Source: Candidatus Tantalella remota
Lineage (GTDB): Bacteria; Omnitrophota; Gorgyraeia; Tantalellales; Tantalellaceae
Length of the DNA: 64,000 bases
Direction of reading: 5' to 3'
NCBI GenBank assembly: GCA_030765685.1
Contig: JAVCCB010000041.1
Span: 75,549-139,548 of the forward strand
Part shown: piece after piece, positions 17,430-27,737 of the stretch
Position numbering within the stretch: position 1 is the first letter of the stretch
How the letters are laid out: each line of letters opens with the position of its first letter
Notes under the pieces: generated by a model
The model's input: the letters and a program-made list of their open reading frames with translations, nothing else
What the model was told of the DNA's origin: nothing
Database searches by the model: none
Program-made: the position numbers and the translations under genes

Positions 17430-18527
17430 TTACCTCCTCGCCTGCCTCCCGATACTGAGAAGAAAGCCAATACCGATAAGTGTCGCGATAGTGTTAGAAC
17501 CTCCGTAACTTATCATAGGAAGCGGCAGTCCGACAACGGGCATTATGCCTATTGTCATCGATATATTAACGAACATCTGAAAAGCTATAAGAGTTATCAC
17601 CCCGGTCGCGATGGCTCTGCCGTATATATTGTCGGCCGCGTCGATAACCCTTATCCCCCGGGCTATCAGTATCGCGAAAAGGCTTATAAGAAATATCGCG
17701 CCAAGAAAACCCCATTCCTCTCCTATAACAGAAAAAATAAAATCCGTATGCCTTTCAGGCAGGAACTTGAGATAGCTCTGCGTGCCGTTAAGCCATCCTT
17801 TACCAAAAAGTCCTCCCGACCCTATAGCTATCTTCGACTGTATTATTGTATATCCCGCGCCCAGCGGATCGATATTGGGATTTATGAATACCATAAGCCT
17901 GCTCTTCTGATAATCCTTGAGAAGCCCCCAAAAAACAGGCATACTGGCCACGACACCCGCCGCCGTAAGTAACATATATCTTATCTTCGCGCCGCATATG
18001 AACAAAATGGAAAAAAGTATCGGCGCCAGGACAAGCGCGGTTCCAAGATCTGGCTGCAGGAATATCAACGCCGCCGCGGGCATCACGATAAGTATCGCGC
18101 CGAGATATGTTTTAAGGCTTCTCATCTTTTCCCGTCTCTCTCCAACAAAAGCCGCGAGAGCCAGGATAACCGTTATCTTAACGAACTCCGAAGGCTGCAG
18201 GGATACCGGCCCCACGGCTATCCATCGTCTTGCCCCGTAACGTTCACCTCCGAAAAATAAAAGAAATAAAAGAGCGGCAAGGTTGAGAGCGTATAAAAGA
18301 TACGCGAAATTAAGGACCTTGAGGTAATTGGAATTCGCTATCAAAAAGAGAAATACAAATCCGACAAAGATCCAGATCCCCTGCCGCATCACCAGCGAAC
18401 TGAGATCTCCCCCTTCGTCTCCCCTGTCAAGAGTAGCGCTGTACGCGAAAAGAATACTGCAAAGAGCTATCAACATGACCGTTGATACCATTACTTTATC
18501 CAGCATCCCTCGTCTTGCGAAAATCAT
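17430..18527 (-). CDS. rodA: RodA (SEDS family peptidoglycan glycosyltransferase)
   Basis: 365 aa polytopic FtsW/RodA/SpoVE family, directly downstream of mrdA. Confidence 0.85.
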   Translation of the reverse strand: MIFARRGMLDKVMVSTVMLIALCSILFAYSATLDRGDEGGDLSSLVMRQGIWIFVGFVFLFLIANSNYLKVLNFAYLLYALNLAALLFLLFFGGERYGARRWIAVGPVSLQPSEFVKITVILALAAFVGERREKMRSLKTYLGAILIVMPAAALIFLQPDLGTALVLAPILFSILFICGAKIRYMLLTAAGVVASMPVFWGLLKDYQKSRLMVFINPNIDPLGAGYTIIQSKIAIGSGGLFGKGWLNGTQSYLKFLPERHTDFIFSVIGEEWGFLGAIFLISLFAILIARGIRVIDAADNIYGRAIATGVITLIAFQMFVNISMTIGIMPVVGLPLPMISYGGSNTIATLIGIGFLLSIGRQARR

Positions 18528-18787
18528 AATTTTATCGCTTTTTCAGTATTTAGTATTTTGTATTTAGTATTCAGTTGACCGGTTCCCTGATGGCTATCAC
18601 CGTTCACTGTTTACAGTTTACCGTTCACTCTTTCCCAGCATCCCTCTTTTTGAAAAAATCATAGTTTTACTTCCCGACTAACCCGATACCCAGTACTCGG
18701 TACTCGGTACTCGGTACTCGATACCATTCGCCATTCCCTATTCCCGAATTTCCTATATTTTTTCCTTTTTCCTTTTTCCTTTTTCCT

Positions 18788-20518
18788 TCACTCCCTCTCC
18801 CCCAGTAACCCCAAGTCATAAGCCTTCTGTATTACCTTACCCCCCGTACCGGCGGCATAATAACCGCCTTTGCCCCCGTATTCGTCGAAAATCACAACCG
18901 TTATCCGGGTATCTTCGAACGGAGCGAACCCGGCGAACCATCCATGATTTTTGCTCTTCGACGTCTGCGCCGTCCCCGTCTTACCCGCGACGACCACGTC
19001 TTTAAGCTTCGCCTTCATGCCGGTTCCCCTGCGGTCATTAACAACTTTTTTTAACCCTTCTCTTACTATCTCTATCGTCTCCGGAGATATGTCCAGGCCT
19101 ACTCTCTCTTCGTCCGCCACCGGTACTCCTCCGACCTCGCTCACCAGATACGGCGTGACCAACGCTCCTCCGTTGGCGAAAACCGACATCATCCTCGCCA
19201 CCTGTAAAGGAGAAGTGATAAGATACCCCTGGCCCACGGCATAGTTCAAGGTCTCTCCCTTGTACCACTTTTCTTTAAACCTTTTCTTTTTCCATTCCGA
19301 CGACGGCAGGTTGCCTGAGACCTCTCCCGGAACATCGATACCGGTTCTCGAGCCTATGCCGAACTTTTCCGCGTATTTCGCGATATTGTCCACGCCAAGA
19401 AGCATCCCCAACCTCCAGAAAAACACGTTGCACGAATTTTTTATCGCTTCCTTCAGGCTTTGCTCGCCATGCCCGTCTTTTTTCCAGCAGTGAAAAGTCC
19501 TTCTCCCGAGTTTTAGACTCCCGGAACAGGAAAAAACCGTTTCCGGCGTAACAACTCCTTCCTCCAAAGCCGCTGATGCCACTACCACCTTAAAAACCGA
19601 ACCGGGAGGATACGCGCCGGATATCGCCCTGTTCAAGAGCGGATATTCGTTATCATAAAGGATCTGTTTTACTTCTTCATTCCTTCTGGAGTCTATAAAA
19701 ATAGCGGGATCATACGTGGGCGAACTTGCCATTGCCAGTATGGCTCCGGTATAAGGATCCATAACTACTATCGCACCGCGCTTATCGGTCAAAAGTCCGT
19801 CGCAAAACTTCTGGAGATCGATATCTATCGTCAGTTGCACATCTTTACCCGGAACCGGTTCTTTGAGCCCCAGGATCGTAGCTTCCTGGCCCCGGTAATC
19901 CACCTCTACCTGCTTTCCTCCATGTGAGCCCCTGAGATAATCATCATACTGTTTCTCTATGCCAGAGCGACCCACGAGGTCGTTAATCCGGTATCCGTAA
20001 TGTTTGAGCCTGTTAAATTCAGACCTGTTGAGAAGTCCCAAATATCCCAGCATGTTCGCGGCTGTCGTCCCGTAAATATATTCTCTTTTGGCTGAGACTT
20101 CCAGCAAAAGTCCCGGATGGTCCATACTCGCCTCTTCGACGTGAATAGCGTTCTCTACTCCCACATCAGAGGCTATGGTAACCGGCCTGTAGGCCTGCCC
20201 ACGACCTTTTTTGATCTTCTCGAGGAGTTCTTCTCTAGGAGTATCCAAAAGGCGGCTTACATCTTCGGCCAGCGACTCGACATCCTTTATTCTGCTGTAT
20301 ATGACCGACACATTGAAGCTCAGGACATCTTTCACCAGGGCCCTGCCGCTTGAGTCAAATATTGTCCCTCTCGGCGCCATCAGGGGAACCACCTTAAGCC
20401 TGTTCCCTTCGGACATCGTCCTGAACCTTTCATACATAAACAGCTGTGTGCGGCAAAGACTGCCCACAAGAACGATCATGCAAAATGCCAGTATCAGTGT
20501 GAAAACGCGTATTCGCAT
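18788..20518 (-). CDS. mrdA: penicillin-binding protein 2 (elongasome transpeptidase)
   Basis: 576 aa; N-terminal TM anchor plus PBP dimerisation domain, SVFK (SxxK), SxN and KTGT motifs; between mreD and rodA. Confidence 0.85.
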   Translation of the reverse strand: MRIRVFTLILAFCMIVLVGSLCRTQLFMYERFRTMSEGNRLKVVPLMAPRGTIFDSSGRALVKDVLSFNVSVIYSRIKDVESLAEDVSRLLDTPREELLEKIKKGRGQAYRPVTIASDVGVENAIHVEEASMDHPGLLLEVSAKREYIYGTTAANMLGYLGLLNRSEFNRLKHYGYRINDLVGRSGIEKQYDDYLRGSHGGKQVEVDYRGQEATILGLKEPVPGKDVQLTIDIDLQKFCDGLLTDKRGAIVVMDPYTGAILAMASSPTYDPAIFIDSRRNEEVKQILYDNEYPLLNRAISGAYPPGSVFKVVVASAALEEGVVTPETVFSCSGSLKLGRRTFHCWKKDGHGEQSLKEAIKNSCNVFFWRLGMLLGVDNIAKYAEKFGIGSRTGIDVPGEVSGNLPSSEWKKKRFKEKWYKGETLNYAVGQGYLITSPLQVARMMSVFANGGALVTPYLVSEVGGVPVADEERVGLDISPETIEIVREGLKKVVNDRRGTGMKAKLKDVVVAGKTGTAQTSKSKNHGWFAGFAPFEDTRITVVIFDEYGGKGGYYAAGTGGKVIQKAYDLGLLGERE

Positions 20519-20532
20519 AAAACCTTTACGGG

Positions 20533-21018
20533 TTATTCTTCAGGATACATGAATTCTTTTAGCAGGATAAAAACGAACGGTGAAACAAAAACGGTCACCA
20601 CCAGAGGTTTCCAACTGCCCGTCAGCACAAAATATATACTTACGTCATTGCCGCTTAAGAAGTTCAAGAACAATGTATGGACCGAAACTACCGCGAACAC
20701 CCCCAAAGCCGTGATAAATATCTGGGCAGCCGGATTCTGTTTGTAGAACAGAGTCGACACCATAGCCGCTGCGGCCCCCAACCCGGGAAAAAGAAAGATA
20801 TCCACGACAAATGTTTCCGGCGAAAAAAATCCCCGGAGCACCCCCGCTACCAATCCTGTAACCGCCCCCGTAAACGGACCTGCAAATATACCCACGAAGA
20901 CGACCACCAGAAGTATCAAGTCGGGCATCCACCCGAGATGCCCTACAAAAGCCACCTGGAGCATGACCGATATCACCAGCGCCACTAAAAGATACAGATA
21001 CCTTTTCATTTTAAACAC
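20533..21018 (-). CDS. mreD: MreD rod-shape protein
   Basis: 161 aa, 5 TM segments, follows mreC with a 13-bp overlap. Confidence 0.6.
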   Translation of the reverse strand: MFKMKRYLYLLVALVISVMLQVAFVGHLGWMPDLILLVVVFVGIFAGPFTGAVTGLVAGVLRGFFSPETFVVDIFLFPGLGAAAAMVSTLFYKQNPAAQIFITALGVFAVVSVHTLFLNFLSGNDVSIYFVLTGSWKPLVVTVFVSPFVFILLKEFMYPEE

Positions 21019-21782
21019 AACACTTCTTCCTGGTCGAAAGAATTCGCGGAGGGTCTGACTACGGCATATTGATACAACCCGGTCCTGCTTTTTCCGACTG
21101 ATTCTATTTTGCCTATCGTGATACCTTTAGGAAAAGACCGGCTGAACCCCGAAGATATGACTACCTCTCCTTCGGTGACCTCGGCATCCAGCGGGAGATA
21201 AAGCATCCTGCACGATCCTTTTCCGGCGCCGGTTATTATACCATGGACGCGGGTATGCTTCAGCATGCCCCCGGCCTTAAAACTTGGGTGAGTTATAAGC
21301 ATAACGGAACTTGAGCTCTCGTCCGCTTCTACGACCTTTCCGAGCAGGCCCTCAGCTGAACACACAGCCGTGCCTTTCCCCACGCCGTCAGCGGTCCCCT
21401 TATTTATTATGAACGAACCGATCCAGTCGTTGGGGTTCCTCGCTGTTATCTCCGCAGAGACCGCGTCGAACCGCGCCTTTTCCTCGAACCGAAGCAGAGC
21501 GCGAAGCCGCCTGTTCTCCTTGTGCAGTTCTTTAAGCTGCCCCACCTCAAGCGTAAGCTCTCCGACATTGCTCTTGAGCAGCCGGTTCTCGTCCAGAAGC
21601 TTCTGCTTGCTGTGAAAATAGTCGCCGATTCCTGCGAATATCTTAGATGGGGACAAAATAGCTTTTACTGAAATATTGTGGATTCCTGATGAAAGGGATG
21701 GTACAAAAAATAGAATAGACGCCGTTAAGGCGATGAGGATTACAAATATCCAAGTTCTGTTTTTGATAAGGATTCTAGGCAC
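21006..21782 (-). CDS. mreC: MreC rod-shape protein
   Basis: 258 aa, N-terminal TM plus coiled coil, beta-rich C-terminal domain; between mreB and mreD. Confidence 0.75.
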   Translation of the reverse strand: MPRILIKNRTWIFVILIALTASILFFVPSLSSGIHNISVKAILSPSKIFAGIGDYFHSKQKLLDENRLLKSNVGELTLEVGQLKELHKENRRLRALLRFEEKARFDAVSAEITARNPNDWIGSFIINKGTADGVGKGTAVCSAEGLLGKVVEADESSSSVMLITHPSFKAGGMLKHTRVHGIITGAGKGSCRMLYLPLDAEVTEGEVVISSGFSRSFPKGITIGKIESVGKSRTGLYQYAVVRPSANSFDQEEVLCLK

Positions 21783-21797
21783 ATCGAACAGCTATCT

Positions 21798-22859
21798 TTA
21801 TTTCTGGAGTTTAGGAGCGACTGTCAGTTTTTTCAAATACCTCAGCTCGCTCAACACTTTTCCGGTTCCAAGCGCTACAGCCGTAAGCGGATCGTCCGCA
21901 ATATGGACAGGCAGCCCTGTTTCTTCCGAAACAAGTTTGTCCAGGCCGCGGAGAAGAGCCCCTCCGCCGGCCAGGATCACACCCTTTTCGATAAGGTCCG
22001 CTGACAATTCCGGCGGTGTCCTTTCGAGGGTTATCCTTGCGGCTTCTACGATCTGCGCTATAGGTTCGCAAAGCGCTTCTCTTATTTCTTCACTCGTCAC
22101 ATTTATCATTTTAGGCAGGCCTGCTACCAGGTCCCGTCCTCTTACATCCATCGTTAACTCTTCTTCGAGGGGATAACTCGACCCTATCCTTATTTTTATC
22201 TCTTCCGCCGTACGCTCACCTATCATGAGGTTGTAGGTCCTTTTGAGATAATTGATAATAGAGTCATCCATCTCATCTCCACCGATACGTATCGATTTGG
22301 AAAATACCACACCCGCCAGAGATATTACAGCCATCTCTGTAGTACCGCCGCCGATATCTATGATCATATTACCCGACGGTTCCTGTATCGGGAGCCCGAC
22401 CCCTATCGAAGCGGCTACCGGTTCCTCGATCATATATACTTCCCTGGCACCCGCGTGAAGCGCCGAATCTTTGACGGCCCGTTTCTCGACTTCCGTGATC
22501 CCGGACGGAATAGCTATAACGACTCTGGGACGCACCAGCCTACGGGAGTTGTGGACTTTCTTTATGAAATATCTGAGCATGCTCTCTGTGATCTCGAAAT
22601 CCGCGATGACACCGTCACGCATGGGCCTTATTGCTATGATGTTACCCGGAGTCCTTCCGAGCATCCGCTTGGCTTCTTCGCCCACGGCAAGGACATTCGA
22701 CGTGCCCGCTTCTATAGCGACCACTGACGGCTCACACAGAACGATCCCTTCGTTCTTCAGATAAACGAGGGTTGACGCTGTACCCAGATCTATCCCCATA
22801 TCGCTTGAGAACATTCCGAGGATGCTGTCTAATGCTTTTAATAACTGCTGACGTATCAT
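21798..22859 (-). CDS. mreB: MreB actin homolog; true start probably at M16, coordinate 22814
   Basis: [35 protein letters not shown] motifs typical of MreB. Confidence 0.9.
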   Translation of the reverse strand: MIRQQLLKALDSILGMFSSDMGIDLGTASTLVYLKNEGIVLCEPSVVAIEAGTSNVLAVGEEAKRMLGRTPGNIIAIRPMRDGVIADFEITESMLRYFIKKVHNSRRLVRPRVVIAIPSGITEVEKRAVKDSALHAGAREVYMIEEPVAASIGVGLPIQEPSGNMIIDIGGGTTEMAVISLAGVVFSKSIRIGGDEMDDSIINYLKRTYNLMIGERTAEEIKIRIGSSYPLEEELTMDVRGRDLVAGLPKMINVTSEEIREALCEPIAQIVEAARITLERTPPELSADLIEKGVILAGGGALLRGLDKLVSEETGLPVHIADDPLTAVALGTGKVLSELRYLKKLTVAPKLQK

Positions 22860-23063
22860 AGTTTTATGCTCTATTTTTGTTTTGCTGTTTTAAAAAGGTG
22901 AGTTACTTATATGTATACATTAAGTTGTAAAAATAGTAACAGAATAGAATATCTTTGTCAAACATTTTTTGAACGACAAGTCTTCACTTTCACGCTAAAA
23001 TATACGTCGAAAATGGCTATTGTGAGTATGTACCCATAAGTCTGGGCAATTACTGTGCTCCGA

Positions 23064-24356
23064 TCAACCGGTCAGCTTTTCAACATCATCCATAAAACCC
23101 GGATAGGAGGTATCCGCGCACGCGGTGTCGGCTATACAACTCTCGCCTTCCGCGGCTAAAGCCGCTATGGCCATGCTCATCGCCACCCGGTGGTCGCCGT
23201 AAGAGTCGAAAGCTACCGCTCTGGCCGCTCCGGGATCGCCATGCACCACCATACTGTCACCGGACTCTTCGACCTGTATCCCCATCAGTCTCAGATTATC
23301 CGACATGCTTTTTATCCTGTCGGTCTCTTTGACTTTGAGCTCGCCCACCCCGCTGAATACAGTTTCGCCCTCAGCGAATGCCGCCGCCACCGCTATAACC
23401 GGTATTTCATCTATCAAAAGCGGGACTTCTTCAGGGCGGACCACGGTTCCCTTAAGATCGGAATACCGTACTTCGACATCGGCTACCGGTTCCAGACCTT
23501 CTGTCACATCAAGTATTTCTATAGACGCTCCCATGCGTTTCAGGACGTCCACTATGCCGGACCTCGTCGGATTTATACCCACGTTCCGGAGGACCAGCCG
23601 CGAACCTTTTACCAGAAGCGCTCCCACCATAAAAAATGCCGCGCTGGAAATATCCCCGGGGACTTCCATATCCTTCGCTTCCAGTTCCTTAAACCCTTTT
23701 ATGCGTGTCGTAAGGCCGTCTCTTTCGATGTCGGCAGAAAGGTATTCCAGCATACGTTCGGTATGATCCCTGGACTGAAAAGGTTCCGTGACAGAAGTCT
23801 CACCATCGACGTACATGCCCGCGGCAAGCACACATGACTTTACCTGGGCGCTGGCAACGGAAAGTACGTGCCGGGTGCCCCTGAGGGGAGAATTCCTGCC
23901 GTTAATGCGCAAAGGAGCCCTCCCGTCACCTCCGTCATCCTCTATGTCGGCTCCCATAATAGACAACGGCTCTATCACACGCCCCATGGGCCGCGATGAG
24001 AGTGACTCGTCGCCGGTAAGTACGGTAGAAAATGTCTGGCCTGCCAAGACCCCGGATATTATGCGCATGGTAGTCCCTGAATTCCCCAGATAAAGGTCTC
24101 CTTTGGGAGATGTTAACCCCCTCAGCCCCTTGCCTTCGACGGTCAATCCTCCGTCTGTCTGTGTTATTTTCACACCCATAGCCCGAAAAGCATCTACGGT
24201 CCGCAGGCAGTCTTCTCCAAAAAGAAAGTTATTTACGCGGCAGTTCCCGCCCGAGAGAGAGCCGAACATAACAGCCCTGTGTGAGATGCTTTTATCCGGA
24301 GGAACCATTATCTCGCCGGTCAAACCTTTTTCCGCTTTTTTAATTTTCCAATCCAT
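23064..24356 (-). CDS. aroA: 3-phosphoshikimate 1-carboxyvinyltransferase (EPSP synthase)
   Basis: 430 aa; KSISHRAVMFGSL and LGNSGTTMR motifs. Confidence 0.9.
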   Translation of the reverse strand: MDWKIKKAEKGLTGEIMVPPDKSISHRAVMFGSLSGGNCRVNNFLFGEDCLRTVDAFRAMGVKITQTDGGLTVEGKGLRGLTSPKGDLYLGNSGTTMRIISGVLAGQTFSTVLTGDESLSSRPMGRVIEPLSIMGADIEDDGGDGRAPLRINGRNSPLRGTRHVLSVASAQVKSCVLAAGMYVDGETSVTEPFQSRDHTERMLEYLSADIERDGLTTRIKGFKELEAKDMEVPGDISSAAFFMVGALLVKGSRLVLRNVGINPTRSGIVDVLKRMGASIEILDVTEGLEPVADVEVRYSDLKGTVVRPEEVPLLIDEIPVIAVAAAFAEGETVFSGVGELKVKETDRIKSMSDNLRLMGIQVEESGDSMVVHGDPGAARAVAFDSYGDHRVAMSMAIAALAAEGESCIADTACADTSYPGFMDDVEKLTG

Positions 24357-24433
24357 CTCGTCATATCCTTGTTAGCAAATAGTCTATCATAATCGTGCTC
24401 TATATTCCAGAATGCTGGGTATCGATAGTATTT

Positions 24434-24555
24434 AAATCCAAAAACCAAAGCCCAAAATCCAAAAGAATCCTAAAAATCCAAAACCCAAAGACGCCCTGTT
24501 TTGGATTTTGTCATTTGGATTTCATTTGTCATTTGGATTTTGACATTTGTCATTC
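24434..24555. repeat. repeat family A, copy 3
   Basis: AAATCCAAAAACCAAAGCCCAAAATCCAAAAG...TTTTGGATTTTGTCATTTGGATTTCATTTGTCATTTGGATTTTGACATTTGTCATTC, nearly identical to copy 1. Confidence 0.6.
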
Positions 24556-24625
24556 AACAAGCGTTTTTTCGTTTGCCGTCCGCAGAGCTCACGACGAGCA
24601 AGCTCTCAAACCTATGACCTGTCAG

Positions 24626-25543
24626 CTATGAGCTATCAGCTGTTTTCAATTTCTTAATAAACTCCCTCATATCCTCCGGCATGGGAGCGACAAATTCCAT
24701 CTGTTTACCTGTACCTGGATGTCGAAAACTGAGCTTTTCCGCGTGAAGCGCCTGCCGGGGCATCTGCCGGTCTCCGCCATAGGTCATATCTCCCACTACC
24801 GGGTGTCCCAAGTGTAGCATATGGAGACGTATCTGATGCGTCCTGCCCGTCTCAAGATCCAGGGCAAGCAATGTGAACTTCTCGAACCTTTCCAGAACGT
24901 GGTATACGGTTTTCGCGTGCCTTCCCTTCTCGTGGTCCACATCCATCTTTCTTCTGTCGGTAGAGTGCCTCGCTATAGGGACTTCTACGACCCCGTTGTC
25001 CATCTCGACCCGCCCCTTAACGATGGCAAGGTAACGCTTGTTTACCTCCCTGTCATGAAACTGTTTGGCAAGAGACCGCATGGCCTTGTCATTCTTCGCG
25101 ACCACGATAACACCCGTAGTATCCTTGTCCAGCCTGTGAACTATACCGGGCCTGACTTTATCGTCCGAGTCGGGAAGCGTTCCACAGTGATGTAAGAGCG
25201 CTCCCGCGAGCGTCCCCTGTTTGTTCCCGGCTCCGGGATGAACAACCATATCCGCAGACTTGTTGACGACTATCAGACATTCGTCCTCGAAAAGGATATC
25301 AACCGGTATGTCTTCAGGCTCGAGGTGACTTGCCTCCGGCGGCGGAAGCTCCATAAAGACCTTGTCCCCCTCCCGGGCGGAATAGTTAGGTTTGACCTCT
25401 TTATCGTTGACCTTGACGAACCCGTCATCCATAAGGGTTTTTACCAAAGTACGCGAATAGCCCTCGCCCAGCCTGAGCGTTATAAACTTGTCTATACGCT
25501 GCCCTACGTCTTCGGGTTCTACTGTAAATTCTCGTTCTTCCAT
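24626..25543 (-). CDS. RluA-family 23S rRNA pseudouridine synthase (RluD-like)
   Basis: 305 aa; S4-like N-terminus, catalytic HRLDKDTTGVIVVAKN. Confidence 0.8.
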   Translation of the reverse strand: MEEREFTVEPEDVGQRIDKFITLRLGEGYSRTLVKTLMDDGFVKVNDKEVKPNYSAREGDKVFMELPPPEASHLEPEDIPVDILFEDECLIVVNKSADMVVHPGAGNKQGTLAGALLHHCGTLPDSDDKVRPGIVHRLDKDTTGVIVVAKNDKAMRSLAKQFHDREVNKRYLAIVKGRVEMDNGVVEVPIARHSTDRRKMDVDHEKGRHAKTVYHVLERFEKFTLLALDLETGRTHQIRLHMLHLGHPVVGDMTYGGDRQMPRQALHAEKLSFRHPGTGKQMEFVAPMPEDMREFIKKLKTADSS

Positions 25544-25591
25544 ATTAGTGTTCCCTGTTCGCTATTTGCCATGTAAACGACAACCGAAATT

Positions 25592-25870
25592 AAAGTAAAA
25601 AGTAAAAAGGATAAAGGAAAAAGGATAGGTTTCTTGTTGGACATACAGCCCTTTCCAATATTTTTTCCCTGCGCCTTCGGCTTGCGGATCCTGCGTCGCT
25701 TTTCTCTTAAGGATGTTATCCCTACCGAGCAGCGCGAGCGGCGGAATCAAACACGCCGTCTTTGCGAGGAGCGACTTGTCCGCCGTAGCCTTGGCGAAGG
25801 CGGAAGCGACGAAGCAATCTCATCCAGCACTACCTATACCTTTTCCTTTTTACTTGTTCCTTTTTCCTTA
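25592..25870. repeat. MITE-like repeat family C, copy 1 (TIR AAAGTAAAAAGTAAAAAGGATAAAGGAAAAAGG)
   Basis: Shares an about 95-bp 5' segment, nearly identical, with 61979-62127. The inverted right end reads CCTTTTCCTTTTTACTTGTTCCTTTTTCC. An internal CGCCGTAGCCTTGGCGAAGG is the reverse complement of the family-B core CCTTCGCCAAGGCTACGGCG. Confidence 0.6.
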
Positions 25871-25880
25871 ACTCTGTTTA

Positions 25881-26615
25881 CTATTTTCTCTTACTAAGCA
25901 CCCAATATAATACTATCCCCACGACCAGCATACCCGCACTTATCCACTGCGACAGGGTAAGTCCCGCGTATCCGACCAGCTCGTCGCCCCTGAAAATATC
26001 CATAATAAACCGGAAAACAGAGTAAAGCATCAAGTACAGACAAAAGACCTGACCCTGGAATTTCTTCTTCTCGCGAGCGATAAGAAGAACGGTAAAGATA
26101 AATGTAAGCGCCAAAGTCGAATAGACTTGCGTGGGTATCCTCATCACTGTTTCCGTAGGAAACACCACCCCTACTCCGCAAGTAGTGACCCGACCGTAAC
26201 AGCAGCCATTAAGAAAACAACCGATCCTTCCCAGAGCCTGCCCCAGAGTGATATACGGGGCTATCAGGTCCGCCAGAGGCCAAATAGGCAGCCTTCTTAT
26301 CCGGGCAACCAGAATAACCGCCAGAGCCCCCCCGACGAAAGCCCCCTGAAAAGCCAGGCCTCCTTCATGAAGCATAAAGATCCTTACGGGCGCGGCCGAA
26401 AACTGTTCCCAGTTGATCGCGACGAACAGGAGCCTTCCTCCCGCCAGGCCGCCGGCCAGCATCGCTATCATGCAGTCAAACACTTTTTCGCGGGCAAGCC
26501 CTACTCCCCGAGCTCCGCGAAGTATCATCATAGTGCAGACAAAAAACGCTATCGCCACAAAAAGACCGTAAGAATACAGCGTAATTGGCCCCATCTGTAA
26601 GATTATTCTATGCAT
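25881..26615 (-). CDS. lgt: prolipoprotein diacylglyceryl transferase
   Basis: 244 aa polytopic; LYSYGLFVAIAF N-terminus and an Lgt signature region. Confidence 0.85.
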   Translation of the reverse strand: MHRIILQMGPITLYSYGLFVAIAFFVCTMMILRGARGVGLAREKVFDCMIAMLAGGLAGGRLLFVAINWEQFSAAPVRIFMLHEGGLAFQGAFVGGALAVILVARIRRLPIWPLADLIAPYITLGQALGRIGCFLNGCCYGRVTTCGVGVVFPTETVMRIPTQVYSTLALTFIFTVLLIAREKKKFQGQVFCLYLMLYSVFRFIMDIFRGDELVGYAGLTLSQWISAGMLVVGIVLYWVLSKRK

Positions 26616-26650
26616 GGTTAGTATTCAGTATGTAGTATTTAGTAAAAAGG

Positions 26651-26802
26651 GAAATCGTCATCCCCGCATGTGACCGAGGGGCAAAGGCCCCCGAGAAAAC
26701 CGAAGGTTCCCCGTAATGAAATTAAATGCATGTAGGGAAATTCCGAATACCAAAGGGCTTCGGCCTCTACATGGAGCGTCATCCCCGCGTAAGCGGGGAT
26801 CC
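26651..26802. repeat. repeat family B, copy 3 (two hairpin modules in direct orientation)
   Basis: GAAATCGTCATCCCCGCATGTGACCGAGGGG ... GAGCGTCATCCCCGCGTAAGCGGGGATCC. Confidence 0.5.
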
Positions 26803-26877
26803 AGCAAAAAATGACCCCTTCTACTTTTTCCTTTTTCCTTAATTCTGTTCCCAGTTTACAGTTTACTGTTTCCTAAT

Positions 26878-27417
26878 TTATCGCCTACTCCGCACTAACA
26901 TTCCCCACGCCAGCATGAGCGCGCCAATAGTTATAAAGCTGTCCGCGACATTAAAAACCGGCCATACCCGGAAATCTATAAAATCTATCACGTATCCCAC
27001 CCTGAGCCTGTCCGTGAGATTCCCAAGTGTGCCTCCCAGAACAAAACAAAGGGCGATTATCTCCGTATTATTCAGAAGCGCCCTCCTCCAGACAAGAAAG
27101 AACAGGACAAACCCTGCCGCTATAACTGCCGCGACCACGAACAAATGCGGATAACTGCTGAATATGCCGAAAGCTGCGCCTGTGTTTCGTACAAGGGTTA
27201 TGTGCAGTATATTGTTAAGTACCGGAATGCTGGACCCCTGCTGAAAAGTTCCCGTTATCCAGAACTTCATCAGCTGGTCCAGGCAATAGACGAGGAATAC
27301 TATTACAAGATCGAATCTTACCTGCCGTTGGATTTTTCTTCTTCTTCCTGGCATTTGATACAACGTTTCGCCTGAGGCTGGAATTTCATGCGCTGTTTTG
27401 TTATGCGCACGCCGCAC
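26878..27417 (-). CDS. lspA: lipoprotein signal peptidase II; start probably at M22 (27354)
   Basis: VRNTGAAFG and FNVADSFITIGA motifs. As drawn in the ORF track it overlaps the upstream gene by 100 bp. Confidence 0.8.
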   Translation of the reverse strand: MRRAHNKTAHEIPASGETLYQMPGRRRKIQRQVRFDLVIVFLVYCLDQLMKFWITGTFQQGSSIPVLNNILHITLVRNTGAAFGIFSSYPHLFVVAAVIAAGFVLFFLVWRRALLNNTEIIALCFVLGGTLGNLTDRLRVGYVIDFIDFRVWPVFNVADSFITIGALMLAWGMLVRSRR

Positions 27418-27737
27418 ATATCACACTGGCCGTAAGAGCCTTCGTCTATACGCTTGATCGCCTCATCAAGGGCGAATAATCTTTCTCTTTCTCCTTCGGC
27501 CAATTCAAGGGAAAATTCCCTGTCATAAAGGTCCGTAGCCATATCGGCCATATGAAAAGAATAACCAGAAAGGTCACCCGAAGCGTCTTTAAATGATTTC
27601 TTAAAGGAATCCCCCTGCAAACTGATGTTGTCTTGGAGGATCTGCGCCTTCTTTTCAATAAGTTTTTCTCTTATCTCAACAAGTTCCTTCTTATTGTAGG
27701 GGTTTTTACCGTTGTCCGTTTTTTTACTCTTTACCAT
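27318..27737 (-). CDS. DksA/TraR-family C4 zinc-finger protein
   Basis: 139 aa; coiled-coil N-terminus, C-terminal CDMCGVRITKQRMKFQPQAKRCIKCQ (CxxC-17-CxxC). Confidence 0.7.
   Translation of the reverse strand: MVKSKKTDNGKNPYNKKELVEIREKLIEKKAQILQDNISLQGDSFKKSFKDASGDLSGYSFHMADMATDLYDREFSLELAEGERERLFALDEAIKRIDEGSYGQCDMCGVRITKQRMKFQPQAKRCIKCQEEEEKSNGR

Noticed and set aside
26878-27737. 100-bp overlap between lspA and the dksA-like gene, suggesting a frameshift or gene fusion
   Set aside because: The overlap is more simply explained by an over-extended lspA start in the ORF track. An internal Met at 27354 gives a typical LspA N-terminus and reduces the overlap to about 37 bp.
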